Source: an uncultured Thermoanaerobaculia bacterium (GTDB lineage: Bacteria; Acidobacteriota; Thermoanaerobaculia; Thermoanaerobaculales; Sulfomarinibacteraceae). From it: DNA of 57,986 nt. The DNA lies in NCBI GenBank assembly GCA_964565045.1, contig CAZMED010000002.1, positions 1 through 57,986 on the forward strand. Direction: 5' to 3'. Positions 45,002-53,592 of this stretch are shown in pieces (position 1 is the stretch's first letter; each line of letters starts with the position of its first letter). A model generated the notes under the pieces. That model was not told the origin of the DNA. It was given only the letters and a program-made list of their open reading frames with translations, and did no database searches. The position numbers and the translations under genes were made by a program.

Positions 45002-48000
45002 TCACCCGGCGCCCTTGAGCCCGAGATTCCGGATGTGGTAGAGCAGTGCCTGGCGAGAGATACCGAGCTCGCGCGCGGTCGCGCTGCGGTTGCCGCCGTT
45101 GCGCTTCAGCGCGGCGCTCAGGAAGCGGCGGCGGAACTCGCGCTGCGCCGCGTCCCAGGAGCCACCGATTTCGGAGCTCGTGGCGGCGATCGGCAGGTGC
45201 TCGGGGCGGACCGTCTCCCCCTGGGCCCGCACCATCGCCACCTCCACGACCTGCCGCAGCTCGCGGACATTTCCCGGCCAGTGGTAGCGGCGCAGCAGGC
45301 TCTCGGACTCGGGGCTCCAGGCCGGCCGCGGCAGCCCGTGGCGCGCGTGGGCCTCGCGTTCGAAGACCTCTCGAAACAGCGGAATATCGTCGGTGCGGGC
45401 GCGCAGCGGGGGGATCGACACCGCCGGTGCCGCGATTCGGAAGTAGAGGTCGCGCCGGAAATCGCCTTCCCGGATCTGCCGGTCGAGATCGCGGTGGGTC
45501 GCCGACACGATCCGCACGTCCACCTCCCTGCTGAGGTGGGTACCGACCGCTCGCACCTCGCGCGACTCGATGAAACGTAGGAGCTTGACCTGGAGCCCGG
45601 GCTCCAGGTCGCCGATCTCGTCGAGGAACAGGGTGCCTGCGTCGGCTGCGATCGCGAGGCCGCGCCGCGACCGGTCGGCGCCCGTGTAGGCTCCTTTCAC
45701 CGATCCGAAGAGCTCGGCCTCGAGCAGGGCCGCTGGAATCGCCGCGACGTTGACCGCGACGAAGGCGCCCTTTCTTCGCGAGAGCGTGTGCAGCGCCCGC
45801 GCCGCCACCTCCTTGCCGACCCCGGTCTCCCCCACCAGAAGCACCGGCAGGTGGGTCGGCCCGAGCTCGCGCAGCTCGCGCCGCAGCGCGCGCGCCGCAT
45901 CGGACACGCCGAAGAAACCCGTCTCGTCGGCGCCGCAGTCCGCCGTCTCCGGCCGCCTCGGCAGCACGAGATCGAGCACGCCCAGCAGGAGGCGACCCGA
46001 GGGGCCCTCGTCCAGAATGCCCCCGAGCGGCACGGCGACCAGTCGTCCTCGGCGCACCTCACCGCCGGGCGCGCCGTGTCCGTGCCGCCAGACCGGAGTG
46101 CCGTCGAGGGCGTCCCGGATCTCCAACCCGGTGACTCCGAGACTCGCCTCGAGCCTTTCGACGTCCTGCGGATCGAGGGCTTCGAGGCCGCCCGCCTCGA
46201 CGACCCGGGCGAGGACGGCGACGATGCCGCCGGCCCGCTCCCCGAGGCCGCTGAGGGACTCCGCCCAGCCCTCGAGACCCGAGCGGCGAAGCAGCGCTGC
46301 GAGACGCGAACGGAGCTTTGCGGGCACCGGGAATCTCTCCCCCCGCACCCGTTCCCCCAGCGCGAGCGCGAAGCCGTCTCCGAGGCGGTCCGCCCGGAGG
46401 GCTAGCGTCGCCGCCTTCGAATCCCCGGGCCCGGGACCGCCCACGAGCTCCGCCGCGAGCGACACGCCCCACGCATCCGGCTCGGCCGGCTCTACGGGCT
46501 CGCCGGCGACGGAAGCTGCGAGGGCCCTCCAGGCCTCGCCCTCCTGCCCTGCCCGCTGGAGCAGGTGCATCGCGCGCCGCGGCTCGCCGTCGAGCAGGGC
46601 GCGGGCGCCGCGCAGCAGCGCGAGGCCCTCCGCAAAACGCGGGTCTTCGGCGTCGATCTCATGCTCGAAATCCTCCAGGCGTCGACAAAAGAGGGGCTCG
46701 TCGCCGCTCGCCAGCGCCAGCCGCGCGCACTCACCGAGCACGAACGGCTCCCGGGGATCGTCGGCCGCCAGGTCGCCCAGGCGCTCGGCGGCCCGCGGCA
46801 ACCGCAGCTGGTCCACGTCGGCGACTGCGAGGTTGAAGAGCGGCAGCGAGGTTCGATGGCGAAAACCGGCCGCGCGCAACAGGTGAAACGCGCGCAGGTG
46901 GTGGCCTTCCGCCTCCCGGCTCCGCCCTTCGCTCAACGCCACGGCCCCGAGGTCGAGCTCGACCATTCCCCGCAGCCCCGGGCCGACAAGGTCACGCGAG
47001 ACCAGCTCGAGGAGGCGCCGCGCCGTGCGCGGCCTGCCGCAGTCGAGATGCCAGAGCGCCCGGCGGTGCGCGAGCTGGGCGCGGAGGCCGGGATGTCCAG
47101 CCGTGGCGAGGCGTCGCCAGGCGGGGTCTTCGAGGCGTTCGGGCGTGAGCCGGTAGGCGAGCTCGATGTCGAGCCGGTGGGACAGCAGCTCCGCGAGGCG
47201 TCGGCGGCAGCTGTCGATCATCGCAGCCGCCTCGGAAGCAGCCGAGCGCTCCGAGCGGCCGACGTCGTCGAGCACCAGAGCGGCCGTCTCCGCGGCCGCC
47301 CGCGGGTTCTCCACCGCATCGCGGGGGCCCGGCAGGCGGCGCGGCACGGCGGGTTTCGGATCGAGGGCTTCGCACCACAGCTCGACGGCCACCCGCCTCC
47401 TTTCAGGCAGTGGCGACAGGGCGGAGCGCGCGCCGAACAGATCCAGAACAGCGAGACAGGCCTCCGCCAGCAGAAGCTGCACGGATTCGCCGAGAGCGCC
47501 GCCGGCGACCATCGACAACAGCTCCCGAACCGGAACTGCGTCGAGGCGGTCCAACCGCGACCTCGCCCAGACTTCGAGCGCCGCGGTGTCGCCGCTGCCG
47601 AGGGCGGTGTGCAGGAGGTGCAGCGGATCATCGGGCGGATAGAGTCCGGCCACCTTCAGGTGCCGTGGGTCCCTCTCGAGGGGAACCGGCTCGGGCAGCC
47701 GCCAGCGGGGTCCGACCTCGACCACAGCCGATCTCCGGCGCTCGACCTCGAGCCGTGCGGGAACCAAACCGCCCTGCAGCGCGATGAAACCCGGAGGCAG
47801 TCCGTCCGGCGACAGCCCCAGCCAGCTGGTCAGCGCGCCACCGGGATGGCCGCGATCCGCGGTTCTGCGGCCGGAACGGCGCGGCGCCAGGGCGCCGCGG
47901 AGGCTCTCGGTCAGGGCCACCCGGTCGGAATCCTCGAAGGGTGCGAAGCGGTCCTGCCGCCCCTCGAGGAATTTCCGTGCGACATCGGGTGGCAACCCGG

Positions 48001-48865
48001 CGACCGCGAGACGCCCGGTCAGAGACCCGCAGCCCCTCGGCGGCGGCTCCGCTCGCCACCCGCGCGGGAAGAGGCCGATCCCGACGGCGCTGCAACCGCT
48101 GCGGGCGGCCCATCGCGCCATCGAGTTGAGCTCCGCGTTCGACAGCCGGCCGACGATGATCACCGTGCCGGCGCCACGGACCGCCGGAATCGGCGGCGGG
48201 CCCGACGCGCCGTCCTCGGCCGGCCACACCCAGGCCCGCATGCCGCGCCTGCGGACCTCGCACCACAGCGCCGCCGCCAAACGCCGTGCGGCTGCCGGCA
48301 CGGGCACTCTCCACAGAGCGATCAAACCCTCTTCCGGCGGCGGCAGCGGGTTCCATCGCAGCGCCCACAGCGCGCGGGCGGTCTCGTGGTCGAGCGGCCG
48401 GGGCAGCTCCCGGAGCTGGCGGGCAATCAGTGCATCGAAGGACGACAAGCCCGGGCCCGGCCGCTCGACCTCGAGCTCGGACGCGGAAAGGCCGACGGCC
48501 TCGGCGATCCGCCCCAGCACCGTCGACCACGCCGCCTCGGTCGCGGCCTCGCCGCCGCCAAGCCGGTCGACCAGCTGCGACAGCGGCAGAGGATAGCGCG
48601 CGAGGACCGGACGGATGCCGTCGGACGAGCGGAACAGGCGATCGCCCGAGAATGCCGATCGCGGCAGCCAGAGATCGAACTCGGCGAGCAGGGCGGCGGC
48701 GGCGGTCAGCCGGGCCGCGGCGCGGTAGCGCTCGCGCTTCGGCAACGAGGCAGGGCGCACCGCCGCCGCCGGCTCCCCCATCTCCTCGCGAACGGCGCCT
48801 GCGATCTCCGGGTCGGGGAGCGTCGGGTGCTCGACGAGCAGTGCCGCCGGGTGCGGGATCCGCAC
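45002..48865 (-). CDS. sigma54-dependent Fis-family transcriptional activator with ~900-aa non-receiver N-terminal region
   Basis: AAA+ EBP core (LLVGETGVGKEVAARALH, GAYTGA loop, FLDEIGDL, WPGNVRELRQVVE) and a C-terminal Fis-type HTH (RSATARELGISRQALLYHIRNLGL). The N-terminus is helical-repeat-rich. Start proposed at GTG 48865 (or ATG 48781), because the first ~145 codons of the tracked ORF overlap aroA. Confidence 0.85.
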   Translation of the reverse strand: MRIPHPAALLVEHPTLPDPEIAGAVREEMGEPAAAVRPASLPKRERYRAAARLTAAAALLAEFDLWLPRSAFSGDRLFRSSDGIRPVLARYPLPLSQLVDRLGGGEAATEAAWSTVLGRIAEAVGLSASELEVERPGPGLSSFDALIARQLRELPRPLDHETARALWALRWNPLPPPEEGLIALWRVPVPAAARRLAAALWCEVRRRGMRAWVWPAEDGASGPPPIPAVRGAGTVIIVGRLSNAELNSMARWAARSGCSAVGIGLFPRGWRAEPPPRGCGSLTGRLAVAGLPPDVARKFLEGRQDRFAPFEDSDRVALTESLRGALAPRRSGRRTADRGHPGGALTSWLGLSPDGLPPGFIALQGGLVPARLEVERRRSAVVEVGPRWRLPEPVPLERDPRHLKVAGLYPPDDPLHLLHTALGSGDTAALEVWARSRLDRLDAVPVRELLSMVAGGALGESVQLLLAEACLAVLDLFGARSALSPLPERRRVAVELWCEALDPKPAVPRRLPGPRDAVENPRAAAETAALVLDDVGRSERSAASEAAAMIDSCRRRLAELLSHRLDIELAYRLTPERLEDPAWRRLATAGHPGLRAQLAHRRALWHLDCGRPRTARRLLELVSRDLVGPGLRGMVELDLGAVALSEGRSREAEGHHLRAFHLLRAAGFRHRTSLPLFNLAVADVDQLRLPRAAERLGDLAADDPREPFVLGECARLALASGDEPLFCRRLEDFEHEIDAEDPRFAEGLALLRGARALLDGEPRRAMHLLQRAGQEGEAWRALAASVAGEPVEPAEPDAWGVSLAAELVGGPGPGDSKAATLALRADRLGDGFALALGERVRGERFPVPAKLRSRLAALLRRSGLEGWAESLSGLGERAGGIVAVLARVVEAGGLEALDPQDVERLEASLGVTGLEIRDALDGTPVWRHGHGAPGGEVRRGRLVAVPLGGILDEGPSGRLLLGVLDLVLPRRPETADCGADETGFFGVSDAARALRRELRELGPTHLPVLLVGETGVGKEVAARALHTLSRRKGAFVAVNVAAIPAALLEAELFGSVKGAYTGADRSRRGLAIAADAGTLFLDEIGDLEPGLQVKLLRFIESREVRAVGTHLSREVDVRIVSATHRDLDRQIREGDFRRDLYFRIAAPAVSIPPLRARTDDIPLFREVFEREAHARHGLPRPAWSPESESLLRRYHWPGNVRELRQVVEVAMVRAQGETVRPEHLPIAATSSEIGGSWDAAQREFRRRFLSAALKRNGGNRSATARELGISRQALLYHIRNLGLKGAG

Positions 48866-48873
48866 GCCTGCCC

Positions 48874-50148
48874 CTACGACGGCGGGAGCTTCGTGAGCCG
48901 GGCCCACATGTCCCAGAAATCGGGGAAGGACTTGCCGACGCAGCTGCCGTCGTCGAGCGCGAGCGCCCCCCCTCCGAGCGCCGCGACCGCCATCGCCATC
49001 GCGATGCGGTGGTCGCCTTCCGCAACCACCGGGCGAGGCGGACCGTCGAGGCGTTCGAGACCCGAGACCACGGCCAGAGTGGAGTCCGTCACCTCGAGCT
49101 CGGCGCCCAACCGGCCCAGGTTCTCGACCATCGCCCGCAGCCGGTCGCTCTCCTTGTGGGCGAGGTGTTCGAGACCACTCATCATCGAACCCGGCGGAGC
49201 ACACGCGGCGACAGCGGCAAGCGCCGGAAAGAGGTCGGGCGTGTGGCGCAGGTCGGCCACGATCGGACGCTCCAGAGGTCCGCGTGCCACGAGCCTCTCG
49301 CCCTCCCATCCGAGGTCGAGCCCCGCCCCGCCGAGAATCCCGACGATCGCGCGGTCTCCCTGGCGGCTCGCGCGATGGAGCGGACCGACGGCGACGCGGC
49401 CCCCCGCGACGGCGACCGCCGCGAGCGCGAAGGCGGCGGCAGACCAGTCACCCTCGACGGTGACCGCGGCCGGGCACAACGATCCGGGCGGCACCGTCCA
49501 GCGCCGCCGGTCCGCGCTCGCGAGGACCGTGCTGCCGAAGGCGCGGAGCACGTCCTCGGTCAGGTCGAGGTAGGGCGCCGAAGGCAGAGACCCCTCCACC
49601 ACGAGGTCGAGGCCCCTCCGCATCAAGGGCGCGGCGAGCAGCAGCGACGAAACGAACTGTGACGAGGACTCGGGCCGGACGGTGAGGGCGCCCCCCTCGA
49701 GCTCGGCGCCTTCCACGGAAACCGGCAGGCGACCGCCGGTGCTCCTGATGCGGGCTCCGAGGAATGCGAGGGCATCACAGAGAGGCGACATCGGACGCTC
49801 TCGGAGGCGGGCACTTCCGGTGATCGTCGCGCCCCCCGGCGTAACGCTCAGCAGGCCGAGGAGCAATCGTGCACCGGTTCCCGAGTCCGCCAGGTCGAGA
49901 ACCGGAGGCTCGTCGGGGATCGTGCGCTCCCCGACCTCGATCGCCGGACCCCACTCGAGGTGCCAGCCCGCGGTGCGAAGCGCCTCCGCGAGAACCCGGG
50001 TGTCGTCGCAGTCCAGCGGCCGTTCGATGCGGCCGCCGCCGGACGCCGCGGCAGCGATCAGGGCGCGGTTGGTGATGCTCTTCGAGGTCGGCACCTCGAC
50101 GTCCGCGGCGAGGCCCGACAGCGGCCCGGGCAGCACTCGGGGCGTCAC
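48874..50148 (-). CDS. aroA: 3-phosphoshikimate 1-carboxyvinyltransferase (EPSP synthase)
   Basis: VPTSKSITNRALIAAAAS, ..LAHKESDRL.. and ..DHRIAMAMAVAAL.. motifs. GTG start at 50148 forms a GTGA overlap with the upstream stop. Confidence 0.9.
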   Translation of the reverse strand: MTPRVLPGPLSGLAADVEVPTSKSITNRALIAAAASGGGRIERPLDCDDTRVLAEALRTAGWHLEWGPAIEVGERTIPDEPPVLDLADSGTGARLLLGLLSVTPGGATITGSARLRERPMSPLCDALAFLGARIRSTGGRLPVSVEGAELEGGALTVRPESSSQFVSSLLLAAPLMRRGLDLVVEGSLPSAPYLDLTEDVLRAFGSTVLASADRRRWTVPPGSLCPAAVTVEGDWSAAAFALAAVAVAGGRVAVGPLHRASRQGDRAIVGILGGAGLDLGWEGERLVARGPLERPIVADLRHTPDLFPALAAVAACAPPGSMMSGLEHLAHKESDRLRAMVENLGRLGAELEVTDSTLAVVSGLERLDGPPRPVVAEGDHRIAMAMAVAALGGGALALDDGSCVGKSFPDFWDMWARLTKLPPS

Positions 50149-50927
50149 GGTCCGGCCCCGACCGGTTCCAGCGGGACCTGGCCGTCGATCTCGAGCGGCA
50201 GCGGTTCGAATTCCGTGCCGACCAGGTTCATCTCCCCCGCCGCACCGACGACCAGGCTGGTCCGGGTCTCGAGCCACGCCGGCATGACCAGGGCCATGCG
50301 CTCGCCACGCCTACACATCCACGGCGAGTGGAAGTGACCCCACAGCAGCACGTCCACGCCGCCCGCCCATGCCCTGTCGGCGCTCCGCTCGAGGTCCTGA
50401 ACCGGTTTCATGGATCGGAAGCGCTGGTTGGTCTTGGCCAGGTGGCTCTCCATGTGGCGGACGATCGCCACCGCCAGACCGCGGGGCAGGAGCCGGGCCC
50501 ACAGGCGGGCGACACCGGACTTCGAGACCGTCGACCAGAATCGGTAGGCCAGGTCCCTGCGGTTGACGAGATCGCCGTGGACCAGCAGAAAGTGCCGGCC
50601 GCCGGAAGAGAAGCTCTTCCTGCGTCCGCTCCAGTCGAGCTCGGCGGCAAGCTCGGGCTCGTCGAGGAAGAAGTCGCGATTGCCCTCGACCACGCCGATC
50701 TGAACGTTCTGGGCCCGCAGCTCCCGCCACACGGCCAGCACCTCATACACCGACGAGGTCCAGAACTTCGACATGCCGATCAGGTACTGGAAGGCGTCGC
50801 CGAGGTAGATGATCTCGCCGATGCCGCGCCGGGCGGCGAGCCGGAGATGGGCCTTCATGGCGGCCGCGTCGTCGTCCCCTTGGCCGACGTGCGAGTCTGC
50901 GATGATGAGACGTTGCACGCCGGCCAT
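50145..50927 (-). CDS. metallophosphoesterase, UDP-2,3-diacylglucosamine diphosphatase (LpxH)-like
   Basis: Start at MAGVQRLIIADSHVG. The calcineurin-like motif series is present: DxH, GDAF, GNRDFF, HGD, GHFH. Confidence 0.7.
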   Translation of the reverse strand: MAGVQRLIIADSHVGQGDDDAAAMKAHLRLAARRGIGEIIYLGDAFQYLIGMSKFWTSSVYEVLAVWRELRAQNVQIGVVEGNRDFFLDEPELAAELDWSGRRKSFSSGGRHFLLVHGDLVNRRDLAYRFWSTVSKSGVARLWARLLPRGLAVAIVRHMESHLAKTNQRFRSMKPVQDLERSADRAWAGGVDVLLWGHFHSPWMCRRGERMALVMPAWLETRTSLVVGAAGEMNLVGTEFEPLPLEIDGQVPLEPVGAGP

Positions 50928-50953
50928 GGTAGCGCACGCCGGAACGTCGTTAC

Positions 50954-51588
50954 ACGTTCGAACGTTCGAACGTTGCACGTTCCACCCACCCACCCGGGTT
51001 CGGTACGGGGGCGGGAGTGCGGAGCGTTCGGCTCAGAACGGAATCTGCAAGATGGGAAACCGTCGAATTCGGAATTCGGAATCAGGAATTAGGAATGCCG
51101 CCCGCCCGCCTGTTTCGGATTTCGGAATTCGAATTTCGGATTTCCACACAACCACCCGCTGAGCATGCGGCGGTGCAGGTCCGCGGTGTCAACAGTGGCC
51201 GGGGCAGTGGCAGTGGCAGCCGCAGTGGCCGTAGACAGCGGCAGCGGCAGTGGACAGCGACAGCGTCCAGGCGCGCGTGAGCACAGCCCTTGACTCCGGC
51301 TGCCCCACCGGCTATCCCCCGACGTGAACGATCCGGAGGTGGCCATGCCGCGGTTGCACCGCCTGCAATGCCCCGGTCGCTGCCACGGACGCGGCCCTCT
51401 GACGCTGTGACTGTCACTGAAACTGCCACTGAGACTGTCACTGCCATCTGCCGCTGTCTCTGAACCTGAATCCGGTCACCGAGACGGAGACGGGCTCGGG
51501 TCGTATCCGATGCCTCCACCTCATCAAATCCGGATGCGCTGAACGTTCCAACGTTTCGCGTTTGAACGTTCGAACGCCGCAACGTATG
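50954..51588. repeat. composite island of short tandem repeats with nested inverted symmetry
   Basis: Contains 8-nt units ACGTTCGA (50954-50977) and AACGTTCG-like units (51541-51588). Also 7-nt units GAATTCG x5 (51065-51099) and TTTCGGA x5 (51113-51147). Also 6-nt units CAGTGG-like x12 (51193-51265) and their complement ACTGNN x11 (51404-51469). Confidence 0.8.
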
Positions 51589-51598
51589 ACGCTGCGCG

Positions 51599-52684
51599 TC
51601 AGCCGTTGCGCCGGGCGAACTCCTCCATGAAGGCAGCGAGAGCGTCCACGCCCTCCTGCGGCATGGCGTTGTAGATCGAGGCCCGGCAGCCTCCCACCGA
51701 GCGGTGGCCCTTGAGGCCGACCATGTCGGCGGCCTTCGCTTCGGCCACGAACCTGGCCTCGAGCTCCTCGTTGGGGAGGCGGAAGACGACGTTCATGTAC
51801 GAGCGGCTGCTCTTCTCGACCGGGCAGCTGTAGAAGGTCGGGTGGGCCTCGATCACCCCGTAGAGGCGATCGCCCTTGGCGCGGTTGCGCCGCTCCATGG
51901 CCTCGAGGCCGCCCTCGTCGCGCACCCACTCGAGCACGTTGCGCACCATATAGATGGCGAAGGTCGGCGGCGTGTTGTAGAGCGATTCCTTCTCCACGAA
52001 GGTCGCGTAGCGCAGCATGGTGGGCAGATCGGAGTTGGCCTTTTCGAGCCACGACTTCCGCATGATCACGATCGTGACACCGGAGGGGCCGATGTTCTTC
52101 TGCGCGCCGGCGTAGATGAGGTGGAAGCGGTTGGCGTCGAAGGGGCGCCACAGGATGTCGGATGACATGTCCGCCACCAGCGGAACTTCGCCGGTGTCCG
52201 GGAACGAGTGGAACTGGGTCCCCTTGATGGTGTTGTTCGAGGTGATGTGGACGTAAGCGGCCTGCGGGTCGAGGTCGTAGGCAGCCCGCTCCGGAATGCG
52301 GGTGAAGCCGTTGTCCTCGCCGGACGCCGCGACCCGCGCGGCGGCGACGATCTTCGCCTCCTTGAGGGCCTTCTGCGACCACGAGCCGGTGATCACGTAG
52401 TCCGCCGAGCCGCCATGAGGGATGAAGTTCATCGGCAGCATGGCGAACTGCAGCGACGCGCCGCCCTGGATGAAGAGCACCTCGTGGTCGTCGTCGAGCC
52501 CGAGGAGGCTCTTCATCAGGCTGATGGCTTCCTGGTGGACGGCGTCGTACTCGGCGGAGCGGTGCGACGTCTCCATCACCGACATGCCGGTGCCGGCCCA
52601 GTTCGGGATGTCGGCCTTGGCGCGCTCCAGCGCTGCCTGCGGCAGCACGGCGGGTCCGGCGTAGAAGTTCCAGGTGCGGTTCAT
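51599..52684 (-). CDS. serC: phosphoserine aminotransferase
   Basis: 361 aa with N-terminal NFYAGPAVLPQAALE and the PLP-Lys region (YAGAQKNIGPSGVTIV). Confidence 0.9.
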   Translation of the reverse strand: MNRTWNFYAGPAVLPQAALERAKADIPNWAGTGMSVMETSHRSAEYDAVHQEAISLMKSLLGLDDDHEVLFIQGGASLQFAMLPMNFIPHGGSADYVITGSWSQKALKEAKIVAAARVAASGEDNGFTRIPERAAYDLDPQAAYVHITSNNTIKGTQFHSFPDTGEVPLVADMSSDILWRPFDANRFHLIYAGAQKNIGPSGVTIVIMRKSWLEKANSDLPTMLRYATFVEKESLYNTPPTFAIYMVRNVLEWVRDEGGLEAMERRNRAKGDRLYGVIEAHPTFYSCPVEKSSRSYMNVVFRLPNEELEARFVAEAKAADMVGLKGHRSVGGCRASIYNAMPQEGVDALAAFMEEFARRNG

Positions 52685-52692
52685 GGCCTCTC

Positions 52693-53574
52693 CTATGCTG
52701 TGTGCTGTTGGAAGTCCTCGAGAATTCTCACCACAACGTCGCCGATGCGCAACATGTTCTCACGGCTCGAGGCGCCGAGGTGCGGGGTCATGATCGCGTT
52801 CGGTGCTTCGTACAGCGGGCAAAGGTCCTCGGGCGGGTCCGAGTACCAAACGTCGGTCGCGTAGGCCCGCACCTTGCCCGACTTCATGGCCTCCACCAGG
52901 TCGGCTTCGACCACACAGCCGCCGCGGGCGGTGTTGATGATGGTGACGCCGTCCTTCATGGTGGCGATGGTGTCGGAGTTGATCATGCCGCGGGTGGTGT
53001 CGGTGAGCGGCACGTGCAGCGAGATGTAGTCGGACTGCCCGAACAGCTCTTCCAGGCTGACCAGATCGACGCACTCGTGGCTCTTGAGCAGCGGGTCGTA
53101 GGCGATCACCCGCATCCCGAAGGCGATGGCGCGGCGCGCGAGCTCGGTGCCGATGTTGCCGGCGCCGACGAGACCCAGCGTCTTGCCCATGAGCTCGGTG
53201 CGCTTGAGCTCCTTCTTGAGCCACTGCCGGTTCCGCATCCCGATGTGGCCCTCCACCAGTCGGGTGGGCACCGCGATCATGAGGGCGAAGGCGAGCTCGG
53301 CCACCGCCACCGCCGAGGCCTCCGCGGTGTTGAACACCTGAATGCCCTTGGATCGCGCGTACTCCACGTCGATGTTGTCCAGCCCGACCCCCCCCCGGAT
53401 GATCAGCCGCAGGTTCTTCGCCTGGTCGATGTACTCGCGGGTGCACTTGGTTTTCGATCGCACCAGCACCACGTCCACTTCGGCCAGGCGCTCCTTGTCG
53501 TCCGTCACCTCGCCGAACACGTCGAGCTTGGCCGGGAGCGAAGGATCGAAGGCGTCCGAGATGAGAATTTTCAT
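52693..53574 (-). CDS. serA: D-3-phosphoglycerate dehydrogenase, short form (2-hydroxyacid dehydrogenase family, no ACT domain)
   Basis: NAD-binding motif GLVGAGNIGTELARRA and a catalytic His region (TPHLGASS). Adjacent to serC. Confidence 0.75.
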   Translation of the reverse strand: MKILISDAFDPSLPAKLDVFGEVTDDKERLAEVDVVLVRSKTKCTREYIDQAKNLRLIIRGGVGLDNIDVEYARSKGIQVFNTAEASAVAVAELAFALMIAVPTRLVEGHIGMRNRQWLKKELKRTELMGKTLGLVGAGNIGTELARRAIAFGMRVIAYDPLLKSHECVDLVSLEELFGQSDYISLHVPLTDTTRGMINSDTIATMKDGVTIINTARGGCVVEADLVEAMKSGKVRAYATDVWYSDPPEDLCPLYEAPNAIMTPHLGASSRENMLRIGDVVVRILEDFQQHTA

Positions 53575-53592
53575 GGGTCCCCCTTGGAGTCG

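Noticed and set aside
51082-51582. 166-aa minus-strand ORF (and 51017..51280 +, 51438..52382 -) across the repeat island as coding genes
   Set aside because: The translations are dipeptide or low-complexity runs (VTVSVAVSVTVT, RCRCLRPLRLPLPLP, GSGSGSRSGRRQRQRQ) produced by the 6- and 7-nt repeats. There is no RBS and no protein-like composition.
50954-51588. CRISPR array interpretation of the repeat island
   Set aside because: The repeat units are only 6-8 nt and directly tandem, without unique 25-40-nt spacers. No cas genes are in the window.
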